Source: Methylococcaceae bacterium (GTDB lineage: Bacteria; Pseudomonadota; Gammaproteobacteria; Methylococcales; Methylomonadaceae). Taken from it: DNA of 64,000 nucleotides. The notes under the pieces were generated by a model. That model did not search any database and had not been told where the DNA came from. It was given only the letters and a program-made list of their open reading frames with translations. A program made the translations under genes and the position numbers. Within the stretch, counting starts at the first letter, position 1. Every line of letters begins with the position of its first letter. The DNA lies in contig SPJS01000197.1 in NCBI GenBank assembly GCA_006844705.1, positions 17,357 through 81,356 of the forward strand, given 5' to 3'. Of the stretch, positions 1 through 8,626 are shown in pieces.

Positions 1-226
1 CAGCCACATCACCGTAAACGCCCCCGTTATCAGTGCGCGGGAGATTACATAATACATAGGCTTTGTGTGTGTCGTGGTTATTGTAAACCGCGCCATGCCC
101 TCCATATTTAACATCACCACCTGACCATTTAACGCAGCTGGATCCAGAATAAGTGGCATCATCAGCTAACGAAATACTGGATACCATCGCAGAAATGACT
201 GTCAGTAGGAGAAAGGTTTTATTCAT
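1..226 (-). CDS. Secreted hypothetical protein (N-terminal part; runs off the left edge)
   Basis: Manual translation from ATG at 226 (AAGGTG RBS upstream): MNKTFLLLTVISAMVSSISLA-DDATYSGSSCVKW...; signal peptide, open to position 1. Confidence 0.6.
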   Translation of the reverse strand, partial: MNKTFLLLTVISAMVSSISLADDATYSGSSCVKWSGGDVKYGGHGAVYNNHDTHKAYVLCNLPRTDNGGVYGDVA

Positions 227-372
227 TTTATTCACCTTGTATGATTAATGTGTCTACGTTGCATAGAATAAGACACAAGGAAAGAAAATGATGTGGTCAA
301 TTGCACTGCGAAATAGATAAATTGATCTCAAATAAAAAGGTAATTTTCTACAAGAACTTAGTGCTCTTGACG

Positions 373-513
373 ATGAAAGCCATTGATGATTTGTTAAACT
401 ATCATGCCAAGGAGGGGGCTGGCCAATCAGACCCGTTTGCAGCAGATCAGCCAGTATTCGGGCAGCCACCTGGACTTACAGATGTAAAACTTTTAAGAGT
501 GTTGACTACATGA
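373..513 (+). CDS. Possible small protein (46 aa) coupled to the esterase gene
   Basis: ATG at 373 within ORF 301..513; stop overlaps the next start (ATGA). Confidence 0.3.
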   Translation: MKAIDDLLNYHAKEGAGQSDPFAADQPVFGQPPGLTDVKLLRVLTT

Positions 514-1142
514 CCAAAAAAGCCATTATTTATCTTCACGGGTTCAATTCTGCTTCGCTTGATGTGCACGGGGAATTGCTGGTCAGCAAAGATAAATTGC
601 AAGTAATGCACGACTTTTGTACACAGCATGATATTGTGTTTTTTACCCCCAATGTCGATTACCGTGATTTCAAAACCATTGTCGAAGACATGTTATTTGA
701 ATGGAATCAATTTCTTGATCGAGGCTATGATGTCGTATTCATGGGCTCGTCCATGGGCGGTTTCAGCAGTGAATATCTGGCCCTGAAAACCGGTTGTTGC
801 GCCATCATGATAAATCCGGCACTCTCACCTTCCAGCCTGTTGCCGCAATTTGTCGGCGTAGAAGCCAATTATGAAACCGGCCAACCCTATCAATGGCAAC
901 AAAGCCACTGTGAACAATATATACCCTATGAACAGGAGCTGGCTGCAAGCGAGCAATCTATTAAAAGAACCCTTTTGCTGGATATGGCTGATGAATTGAT
1001 AGATGCACAAATGACGCTGGAAAAATACCGCGACAGGGCAAGGGTAGAGACTTTCCAGGGTGGCTCGCATAGTTTTGAACATATGCGGGAGGCATTATCA
1101 ATGGTTGAGCAGGTGGTGTTTTTAGAAAGTCTAACGGAATAG
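510..1142 (+). CDS. YqiA/YcfP-family alpha/beta hydrolase (esterase)
   Basis: YLHGFNS, GSSMGG nucleophile elbow, INPA, DELID, GGSHSF motifs. Confidence 0.88.
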   Translation: MTKKAIIYLHGFNSASLDVHGELLVSKDKLQVMHDFCTQHDIVFFTPNVDYRDFKTIVEDMLFEWNQFLDRGYDVVFMGSSMGGFSSEYLALKTGCCAIMINPALSPSSLLPQFVGVEANYETGQPYQWQQSHCEQYIPYEQELAASEQSIKRTLLLDMADELIDAQMTLEKYRDRARVETFQGGSHSFEHMREALSMVEQVVFLESLTE

Positions 1143-1411
1143 TTGATTATCATTCATCAAAATATTACCATTACCTTTATCCAGTAAAAAAGAGTTGAGT
1201 AACGATACAACGACTGATTAGATGCTTTAGGCGCATAAAATTGATCGGATTGGTTGACGTCATCCAACGGTTTAATGCTGCGCACCTAAAGGCCATCCAA
1301 GTAGTGGTTGCAACGTTGATAATTTCACGAGGCTTGAAGAGTCGTATGAGGCGAGAGCCACTCTTTCTGGTCTCCATTTTTTATTTTGTGTAATGATGAG
1401 AGCGCTTAGAC

Positions 1412-1831
1412 ATGACTAAAAAGAACATGATTTTATTTGTCGAAATAGCATTGGTTTTATTTGGTTTTCAAACGATGCCGAAAGCTTTTGGAGCTTCGAC
1501 CACTTATTCAGGCGAGGATAGGGATGAATGGCAAGTCGTAGGGTTTTGGGATTATGACGGTGTTGATGGGCAGCAACTTGTGAATGGTCTTGTATTGCGT
1601 AATACTTCTGGTGCCGGATTGGGACAAAATTGGAAATCTCATTTAGAATTAAAGACCCACGACTCACTTCCCACAAGGAAACGAACGTTATGGCCGGTAA
1701 AAATTAACGCTGACCAACGTAAAGTGTGTGTAAATTACCCGAATTACCCTAGTTACCAGGCATTTATCGATATGCCAGGTGAGAATGCTGATGGATTTTA
1801 TTCTTTTGGGCAATGCAATGGGGGGAGTTAA
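1412..1831 (+). CDS. Secreted hypothetical protein
   Basis: 139 aa ORF with N-terminal signal-like segment and two Cys; no recognised family. Confidence 0.55.
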   Translation: MTKKNMILFVEIALVLFGFQTMPKAFGASTTYSGEDRDEWQVVGFWDYDGVDGQQLVNGLVLRNTSGAGLGQNWKSHLELKTHDSLPTRKRTLWPVKINADQRKVCVNYPNYPSYQAFIDMPGENADGFYSFGQCNGGS

Positions 1832-2029
1832 TAAAATATGAGGAACACATTGACAGCCAAAAGTTAAGCAGGCGTAAAGTGCGATTCCTCCGTCACCGGC
1901 GCTCTACAGAGATTAAAAAATAATGGAGTATCACATTGACCGTATTGATACCCTCCTTCCAACAACATTGCCTAAACACCCGCCCATGCATAGAATTGAT
2001 GCCCTGACAAAAACAACAAAGAGGGTAAT

Positions 2030-2890
2030 ATGGCATTTAACAAGAACCTGGAATACGGTGGGCATGCATTAGTCTGGTCTGGTGACTGGACGGCAGAAGG
2101 CGCAAGAAAAGCCATCGGAGGGGCGGCCAAAGCAGGCTATGATTACATTGAAATCGCGCTGCTGGATCCTTGGAAAGTGGATGTTGCCATGACGCGAGAT
2201 TTGCTCAAGGAATACAACATTCGCGCACATGCCTCGCTGGGCTTGTCGGCTACGACCGATGTCACCAGCACCGATCCGGACATCATTACCAGGGGCGATG
2301 AACTGCTGCGCAAAGCGACAGATGTTCTGTATGGCCTGGGAGGCACGGAACTTTGCGGGGTTATCTATTGTGCATTGGGAAAATACCCGGCACCAGCCAG
2401 TGCAGAGAATCGTCAGAATTCCATTTTGGCCATGCAACGCCTGGCAGATTATGCCGCCGACAAAGGCATTAATATCAACCTGGAAGTCGTCAACCGTTAC
2501 GAAACCAATATCATCAATACCGGTCTGGAAGGGCTGGCTTTTCTGGATGAGGTCAACCGCTCCAATGCCTTTTTGCATCTGGATACTTACCACATGAATA
2601 TTGAAGAGGACGGCATGGAAAAGTCGGTGTTGGCCGCAGGGGACCGACTGGGCTTTGTGCATATCGGTGAAAGCCATCGGGGCTATCTGGGTACGGGCAA
2701 TGTTGACTTCGATACCTTCTTTGCGGCACTCAAAAAAATCGACTATCAAGGGCCGATGACATTTGAATCCTTTTCCTCAGAAGTGGTTGATGCTAACTTG
2801 TCCAATACGCTGTGCGTGTGGCGTAATTTGTGGAAAGACTCGCATGATCTGGCTGCAACCGCGCTTGAGTTTATGAAAGCACACTATTGA
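2030..2890 (+). CDS. D-tagatose/D-psicose/L-ribulose 3-epimerase family (sugar phosphate isomerase/epimerase TIM barrel)
   Basis: GYDYIEI, EVVNRYE, LDTYHMNIEE, HIGESHRGYLGTG, FESF catalytic and metal motifs. Confidence 0.9.
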   Translation: MAFNKNLEYGGHALVWSGDWTAEGARKAIGGAAKAGYDYIEIALLDPWKVDVAMTRDLLKEYNIRAHASLGLSATTDVTSTDPDIITRGDELLRKATDVLYGLGGTELCGVIYCALGKYPAPASAENRQNSILAMQRLADYAADKGININLEVVNRYETNIINTGLEGLAFLDEVNRSNAFLHLDTYHMNIEEDGMEKSVLAAGDRLGFVHIGESHRGYLGTGNVDFDTFFAALKKIDYQGPMTFESFSSEVVDANLSNTLCVWRNLWKDSHDLAATALEFMKAHY

Positions 2891-2951
2891 TGACATTTAA
2901 CCAAATGCATCTTTAAGATCAACGATTTAATAACAACAAAAAGGTATCCCT

Positions 2952-3347
2952 ATGAACATTCTCTTGATTGGCGCGTTCGCATGCATGATGGCTTTGATTA
3001 TCTCGGCCTGGTTGATGACCTTTGCGCGTTGGTTCCCCATCGAAGGCATCGATGAAAAATTTCTGGTCGATTACAAAACCATGATCAGAGCGCATGTGGA
3101 TTATGCGTTGATGGCGTTATTCAATCTTGGCTTTTATGGTTTGGGAATAGAGCTGCCGGTGCTCGCCTGCTGGTGTGTTGCCATAGGTGGTTTTGCCAAC
3201 CCGACGGTGTTTGTTATCGCCGCATTTGATCCGGAATTCTGGAACAAGGCCCATTGGCGAATCTATACCGCCATCAGTTTTGCCATCACCACGATCGGTT
3301 TTGTGTGGATAGGCATGACCTTGATTAATACGGTCATCGCTGCGTGA
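2952..3347 (+). CDS. Small 4-TM membrane protein, hypothetical
   Basis: Four hydrophobic segments, RAH motif, good RBS; follows the epimerase. Confidence 0.75.
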   Translation: MNILLIGAFACMMALIISAWLMTFARWFPIEGIDEKFLVDYKTMIRAHVDYALMALFNLGFYGLGIELPVLACWCVAIGGFANPTVFVIAAFDPEFWNKAHWRIYTAISFAITTIGFVWIGMTLINTVIAA

Positions 3348-3382
3348 TGGTTTAATCGCCCGTGCCGTGAAGCATCTGCTGA

Positions 3383-3424
3383 AAGCCTGATTTTTTGAGA
3401 AGCGGATTCTCTTAAAACAGGCTT
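3383..3424. terminator. Hairpin between convergent genes
   Basis: AAGCCTG...GAGAA-loop-TTCTC...CAGGCTT inverted repeat. Confidence 0.5.
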
Positions 3425-3440
3425 CTCAACTATAGTCAGG

Positions 3441-4250
3441 CTATCGCTTCAACGGACTGATCAAAGGGATGCCATTAGGACCAGAAGGAATATACACCGT
3501 CGTGTGGTTTGGCGAGTCTGCCATTTTCAGTTGTGCATTAATAGCTTCATGTTGCAGATAATTCGCCGTTAACGTTGAATTGATGATTTCTTGCGCCTTG
3601 GCGATGCCTTTGGCTTCTTCGATTCTTATCTCTGCATCTTTGCGCGCGATCTCAATTTGCGTTTGTTTTTCATCCAGTAATTGCTGCGCAGCTAGTTTTT
3701 TTTCAACCGCTTCAGTGACGATGAGAGGATAGTCAATATTCCCGACCACGCCGGAGATGACCACAAAAGGGGTATCTTCAAGATAAGCGTTAAGTTCTTT
3801 TATCACATCCGCTGAAATTTCATTACGCTTTTGTTTTACTTCGCGACTGGCCAGATTTTGCACATGCTTTCGCACCATGGAGCGTAAGGGTTCTTTTATG
3901 AAGCGCACATAAAAATTGTTGCCCGCATAATTCTCAACCACGTCTTTAATCGTGTTCGGCTGGATTTTTATGATGGTCTGCCAACGCAAGGTAATGTTGA
4001 GTTCGTCGCTGGATAAAATCTTGAAACTTTCGGAATAGGTTTTCGGCCTGAAATCAACGTTCTCCACACTGAGGTTTTTTATCGAGTTGCCGTAACTTTC
4101 CGGCCCCTTCAATATGCCGGCAAACCCACCTTTGCCCCAAAATCTGGGATGTTCTGTCACATAGCCTTCGTGCCCTGCCGGGCTGGAAGGGTTGGTGCAG
4201 CCTGCCAATAAAATGGAAGACATAAAGATCAATAGATATATCGGTTTCAT
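3441..4250 (-). CDS. SPFH/prohibitin (band 7) family lipoprotein
   Basis: LLAGC lipobox, SPFH core, AQQ...AEIRIEEAKGIAKAQ coiled coil; start chosen at MKPIY. Confidence 0.85.
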   Translation of the reverse strand: MKPIYLLIFMSSILLAGCTNPSSPAGHEGYVTEHPRFWGKGGFAGILKGPESYGNSIKNLSVENVDFRPKTYSESFKILSSDELNITLRWQTIIKIQPNTIKDVVENYAGNNFYVRFIKEPLRSMVRKHVQNLASREVKQKRNEISADVIKELNAYLEDTPFVVISGVVGNIDYPLIVTEAVEKKLAAQQLLDEKQTQIEIARKDAEIRIEEAKGIAKAQEIINSTLTANYLQHEAINAQLKMADSPNHTTVYIPSGPNGIPLISPLKR

Positions 4251-4497
4251 ATTCAGGCTCATCAGATAGTACGCATAAAGGCATGCCTCTTAATGCTGGT
4301 CGCAGGGAGACAAAACAAAGTGTAGTTGTTGACTGCAAAACGGATGGCGAGGGGAAGGGTGAGAGACAGAAATATTTTTTGATAAACCCCTCACAAAGAG
4401 TGGGTATTGGCTGGTATTACCTATTAAGCACACTATAGTTAGGGTTGTTTTAGACTGAGCATGTACACCAGAGAATTAATTTTTTATCTGCTGTGAT

Positions 4498-5202
4498 ATG
4501 GAAAAAATGATAAATACACAACTAATAACTACCGGGAAGCCAGCGATGATGCGTCCCCGTCATTTTCTGGATATTGAGCCGGTGTATTTCAGCGATCAGG
4601 AAAATAACAGTGACAAACAACTGGAGAGAATGGCCTACCTTATCCGCCGTAATCCGCAGGGTTTGCTGCTGCATTTGCAGCGCATTTTTTATTGCTTTCA
4701 AACGGATAACCAGGCGCATCTCTATGTCAGTGTAGTGGATCTTTTTTTGGTCTTGAAACACAAGGGAAAGCAACTGGCCGAGCGTGTGCTGCTACATAGT
4801 CAAGCCAAACTGACTGATGATCAATTCCGGCAATTAAGCGCCATGCTCGACACACCAGTGCAAAAGACAAGTGTCATGAGCGGTAGTGCGTTGGAATATG
4901 TCAGTGTGGAGCCCCTTCCTCTCATTAAAAAATCAGACCTTCAACAGCAAATAGATGATACCGAGCAGATTGTAGAAGATTTTATTGAATACAGTCAGCT
5001 TGATGAAGCCATGGACTTTCTGGAAAAACGCCTGCTGTCCACAGGGCTGTCTGATGCAATGCAAAAGCAGTTGCTGGAGTTGTATCAACGTACTGACAGC
5101 ATGGAACAATTCAGGGATTTCATTATTCTCGCCAAAGAATTTGAATGCAAACTGGTGCCTGACTGGCAACATTTTGAACAACAACTAAGCGCTTCAACCT
5201 GA
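4498..5202 (+). CDS. Alpha-helical (TPR/FimV-like) hypothetical protein, first gene of the GTPase-roadblock operon
   Basis: 234 aa helical ORF; C-terminal 'DFIEYSQLDEAMDFLE...LLELY' resembles a TPR/FimV-type repeat. Confidence 0.7.
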   Translation: MEKMINTQLITTGKPAMMRPRHFLDIEPVYFSDQENNSDKQLERMAYLIRRNPQGLLLHLQRIFYCFQTDNQAHLYVSVVDLFLVLKHKGKQLAERVLLHSQAKLTDDQFRQLSAMLDTPVQKTSVMSGSALEYVSVEPLPLIKKSDLQQQIDDTEQIVEDFIEYSQLDEAMDFLEKRLLSTGLSDAMQKQLLELYQRTDSMEQFRDFIILAKEFECKLVPDWQHFEQQLSAST

Positions 5203-5209
5203 CAGGATC

Positions 5210-6403
5210 ATGGATAAAAAACCATTGAAAATTGCCGTGTACGGAATGGATCAACGCAGTGTAAAAACCATGCAGTTGTTTTTAAAAGGCCCGTGTCATG
5301 GTGAAGCAGTGATTGTCGCGCCAGAGCAGGCTGATTGTGAATTAATTGATATTGATCATCCGCAGGCAAAAGATTTTTATGATCAATGTCTGGAGAAGCA
5401 TCCTGAACGTACTCTGCTGGCCTTGTCTCTTGAAAAGGTAGCGTTGGAACATACGCTTTCGTTGACCAAGCCAGTGTCTCGCGACCAGTTTTTACATGTG
5501 TTGTCTGACCTGAAAGCGGCATTTCCACAGTTAAAACAGAGTATACCTGAAGCGGAAACGAGCAGAGCGCCTCAAAATACTGAACAGACTTCAAGCATTC
5601 CAGAACAACCCGAACAGCCACCGCTCAAACAGGAAGCAGACCCCAAACATGAGCCTGATCATTCCGCTGCACAGCATAATCAGGCGGCGTTTATCGGTAT
5701 TTTGAATGACATTGATTTTTCCGATCAACAGCAACTTGCTTCTGCTTACTATCAGGCGCAGGACTATCTGCTGGGTTATCTCAAAGCAGTGATCAACCAT
5801 GCCAAGAGTTCAGGGGACGTCATGCAGATGAGTACCAGTTGGAAAACCATCAGAATTTATCCGCAACATGGCCTGATAAATCTGGAAGCAAATGACAAGC
5901 AGCTACGTGCATTTGCCGGTATTCCTTTGCATCAAATTAATAATAATCTGTCATTCAAGGCCATTGGTCGGCCCGAGCCGGATCTGAATGACGAAAACAA
6001 TCAGACGATTGAGGCTTTTATCTGGAAGCTGGTGATCTGGACATCGCGAGGAAGATATCCCTATAAGCTGGCGCTTGATGCCCCTGTGTATCTTAAACAC
6101 TGGCCAAATTTTACCCGTTTGTTGATTACTCCGCATGCGTTGAGAATTGCAGCGTTATTGATGCAAGGCCCGCGCTCTGTGTTAGAGCTGGCCAGACAGC
6201 TGGATATCAGTCCGCAGTACGTGTTTGTATTTGCCAGCACCTGTTATGAAAGTGGTCTGTTAGCGCCTGCACGCCGTCAATCGGATACCCTGATACAGCC
6301 TGTGCCTCCCCCTATTAAGAGGCATAAAGGGTTGTTCAAGAAAATATTAAACAAACTTCATATTCCTGTTCCTGGCGAGTCTGATACCCATGAATCAACA
6401 TAA
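5210..6403 (+). CDS. Hypothetical signalling protein: degenerate receiver-like N-terminus, Pro/Gln linker, conserved-looking C-terminal domain
   Basis: KIAVYG...ELIDID...LTKPVS receiver-like pattern; C-terminal WPNFTRL...HALRIAALL. Confidence 0.7.
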   Translation: MDKKPLKIAVYGMDQRSVKTMQLFLKGPCHGEAVIVAPEQADCELIDIDHPQAKDFYDQCLEKHPERTLLALSLEKVALEHTLSLTKPVSRDQFLHVLSDLKAAFPQLKQSIPEAETSRAPQNTEQTSSIPEQPEQPPLKQEADPKHEPDHSAAQHNQAAFIGILNDIDFSDQQQLASAYYQAQDYLLGYLKAVINHAKSSGDVMQMSTSWKTIRIYPQHGLINLEANDKQLRAFAGIPLHQINNNLSFKAIGRPEPDLNDENNQTIEAFIWKLVIWTSRGRYPYKLALDAPVYLKHWPNFTRLLITPHALRIAALLMQGPRSVLELARQLDISPQYVFVFASTCYESGLLAPARRQSDTLIQPVPPPIKRHKGLFKKILNKLHIPVPGESDTHEST

Positions 6404-6929
6404 GATAATTTTTACCGGTCCGGTGGGCGCCGGTAAAACCACCGCGATCGATTCGATCAGTGATATTCCTGCCATCAAGACGGATGCCGATGCCAGTGAT
6501 ATGACCAGACAACGCAAAAAAGCGACCACGGTTGCTATGGATTATGGCGTCATGAATCTGGAAGGTGGCGAAAAAATCCATCTGTATGGCACGCCGGGGC
6601 AAGAGCGCTTTGATTTTATGTGGGATATTCTGGTCACCGGCGGGATTGGGCTGGTGTTACTGGTCGATAACAGCCGCGCAGCACCGTTTAAGGATATGGC
6701 TTTTTTTCTTGAGTCATTTTCCGATTTTATTGAAAAAACCAGTGTAGCTATCGGGGTTACACAGATGGATAAAAGCCAAACGCCGACTCTGGAAGAATAT
6801 TACGCACAATTGAAATCCTTTGATTGCCCGCCACCCGTGTTTGCCGTGGATGCCCGCAAAACTCAGGATGTATCGATTCTTGTGCAGTCGTTGCTATTTG
6901 CCATTGATCCGGGAGTCAGCTGTGAGTGA
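6390..6929 (+). CDS. MglA/CvnD-like small GTPase (ATP/GTP-binding protein)
   Basis: GPVGAGKTT P-loop, TTVAMDYG, GTPGQERFDFMW, TQMD, VDAR. Confidence 0.92.
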   Translation: MNQHKIIFTGPVGAGKTTAIDSISDIPAIKTDADASDMTRQRKKATTVAMDYGVMNLEGGEKIHLYGTPGQERFDFMWDILVTGGIGLVLLVDNSRAAPFKDMAFFLESFSDFIEKTSVAIGVTQMDKSQTPTLEEYYAQLKSFDCPPPVFAVDARKTQDVSILVQSLLFAIDPGVSCE

Positions 6930-7569
6930 GTCGGTTTCTTATACGCTGACCGAGGGTGTTTTTCTGCAACCGACAGCATCGGGTGCTTATTATGCGGTCT
7001 CCGGCAATAGCAAAAACAGCAGCCAACAATTTCTGCAATCCTTGTTGCAACAGAAACAGGCTCCAGCATTGAATCTGGACAATGTGCTTAAGTTGACAGG
7101 GTGTGAAACCAAGTCTTCCGCATTTGAAATGCTTCATCATTGCCAGAATCTGAAATGGATTCAAGGGGTGGATGAGGCGATAAAACCACCCGATGATGCA
7201 TTGGAAGATATGTTGCCAACCTTGCTCGCACATTTTTCTGGCGCAGGAAAAATCCTGCTGGCCGATGAGCAGGGCTTTTATATGGCGAATCATGGCTTTG
7301 CACACGAAACGGCTGAAGAGCTCTCCGCCTTGAGTGCGGAAATCAGCACTATACATAATCGCCGTTCCGGGGTGATTAACAAAAACTTGTCGATACCCAG
7401 TCATGCCTGGGCCATCGTTGATGCCTACGGACACAGTCAGATTGGCTTTTGGCCGCTGTTTATCGGCACGCACCGCTTCGTGATTGTGAGTGCCGGACGT
7501 TCTGAATTTAATCACCCACAATTTATTAATCTGATTTGGGTGCTATGTATTCGCTATGCAAATACATAG
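6922..7569 (+). CDS. Roadblock/LC7-like domain protein with N-terminal extension
   Basis: GTG start at 6922 after GGGAG; C-terminal LLADEQGFYMANHG...EELSALSA roadblock pattern. Confidence 0.75.
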   Translation: MSESVSYTLTEGVFLQPTASGAYYAVSGNSKNSSQQFLQSLLQQKQAPALNLDNVLKLTGCETKSSAFEMLHHCQNLKWIQGVDEAIKPPDDALEDMLPTLLAHFSGAGKILLADEQGFYMANHGFAHETAEELSALSAEISTIHNRRSGVINKNLSIPSHAWAIVDAYGHSQIGFWPLFIGTHRFVIVSAGRSEFNHPQFINLIWVLCIRYANT

Positions 7570-7605
7570 ACAGTCACAAATTACCTACCTATAGAGGAAC
7601 TGAAC

Positions 7606-7968
7606 ATGAGAGCAGAATTACTGAATTCTATTTTGACGGAATTGAACGGTACGTCGGCAGATATTGAAGCATCCGGCGTGATTTCAACGGATGGTTTGAT
7701 GATTGCGTCAGTCTTACCTGCAGGGCTGGATGAAGATCGCGTTGGCGCGATGAGTGCCGCAATGTTGTCGCTGGGTGATAGAACCGCCCAGGAACTTAGC
7801 CGGGGCCGTCTGGAGCAGGTGCTAATCAAGGGTGACAACGGTTATGTACTGATGACTTATGCCGGTACAGATGCGGTGTTGACCATCATGGCTAAACCAA
7901 ACACCAAGCTGGGGCTGGTTTTTCTGGATGTTAAACGGGCGGCTCAACAGATTGGAGAGTTGCTCTAG
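7606..7968 (+). CDS. Roadblock/LC7 (MglB-like) protein
   Basis: ISTDGLMIAS...DRVGAMSAAMLSLG...EQVLIKGDNGYVL...LGLVFLD. Confidence 0.92.
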   Translation: MRAELLNSILTELNGTSADIEASGVISTDGLMIASVLPAGLDEDRVGAMSAAMLSLGDRTAQELSRGRLEQVLIKGDNGYVLMTYAGTDAVLTIMAKPNTKLGLVFLDVKRAAQQIGELL

Positions 7969-8025
7969 GAGGCTGTCGGGTTATGGGGTTCGCCGCAGTA
8001 GAATTATCCATAATCCGACAGTCTC
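7969..8025. mobile_element. MITE family, internally deleted copy (57 bp)
   Basis: TIRs GAGGCTGTCGGGTTATGG / CCATAATCCGACAGTCTC shared with three longer copies; flanks CTAG / CTGG. Confidence 0.85.
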
Positions 8026-8136
8026 CTGGAGAGTGTTGTCTCTTTCTTCAACCCGTGACGACATGTCCAGGAAACGTCGAACAGCAAATCAAACCCGGCA
8101 GCAGCCTAATACCCGCAAAGCACTAAGGGGATCACT

Positions 8137-8613
8137 ATGATTTATGATATGCAGAACGCTGATATTGTTGGAGAATTCAGGGAAACGACGCTGAATTTAT
8201 TCAACGCGGTCAGCCGCAGAATACTCTATACAGAAATAGAAACGCCTTATCCTGATGGCAAGTTGATCGTCTCAACGACAACACCGGATGGCATTATTAC
8301 CCATGTGAACCGCTCATTTGTGGAAATGTCCGGTTATCTGGAGGAAGAGCTGATCGGTGCCCCTCATGCTATTTTGCGGCATCCGGATATGCCGCCCGCC
8401 GCATTTAAAGAATTGTGGGAGACTGTCCAGAAAGGTGAGAAATGGCAGGGTTATGTCAAAAACCTGCGCAAGGATGGCGGTTTTTACTGGGTCAAGGCCA
8501 CTGTGATTCCCAATATTCGGAATAATCAGGTGGTGGGGTACACCTCGGTCAGAAGAAAACCGTCCCGCGCCAAGATTGAAGAATGTATTCGAATTTACCC
8601 GACCTTATTCTGA
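8137..8613 (+). CDS. Stand-alone Aer-type PAS domain protein (putative FAD redox sensor)
   Basis: STTTPDGIITHVN, RHPDMP, W-x-GYVKN, YWV, GYTSVR match the Aer PAS domain; no TM or MCP domain. Confidence 0.88.
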   Translation: MIYDMQNADIVGEFRETTLNLFNAVSRRILYTEIETPYPDGKLIVSTTTPDGIITHVNRSFVEMSGYLEEELIGAPHAILRHPDMPPAAFKELWETVQKGEKWQGYVKNLRKDGGFYWVKATVIPNIRNNQVVGYTSVRRKPSRAKIEECIRIYPTLF

Positions 8614-8626
8614 AGAGGGAACTGCC

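Noticed and set aside
1205-1314. Possible integron attC site (AAC...GTT ends)
   Set aside because: R boxes fit RYYYAAC/GTTRRRY poorly, it is not adjacent to a stop codon, and there is no second site or integrase
7928-8140. 70-aa ORF sharing RRLSGYGVR with the 14038 ORF
   Set aside because: The shared peptide is simply the translated MITE terminal repeat
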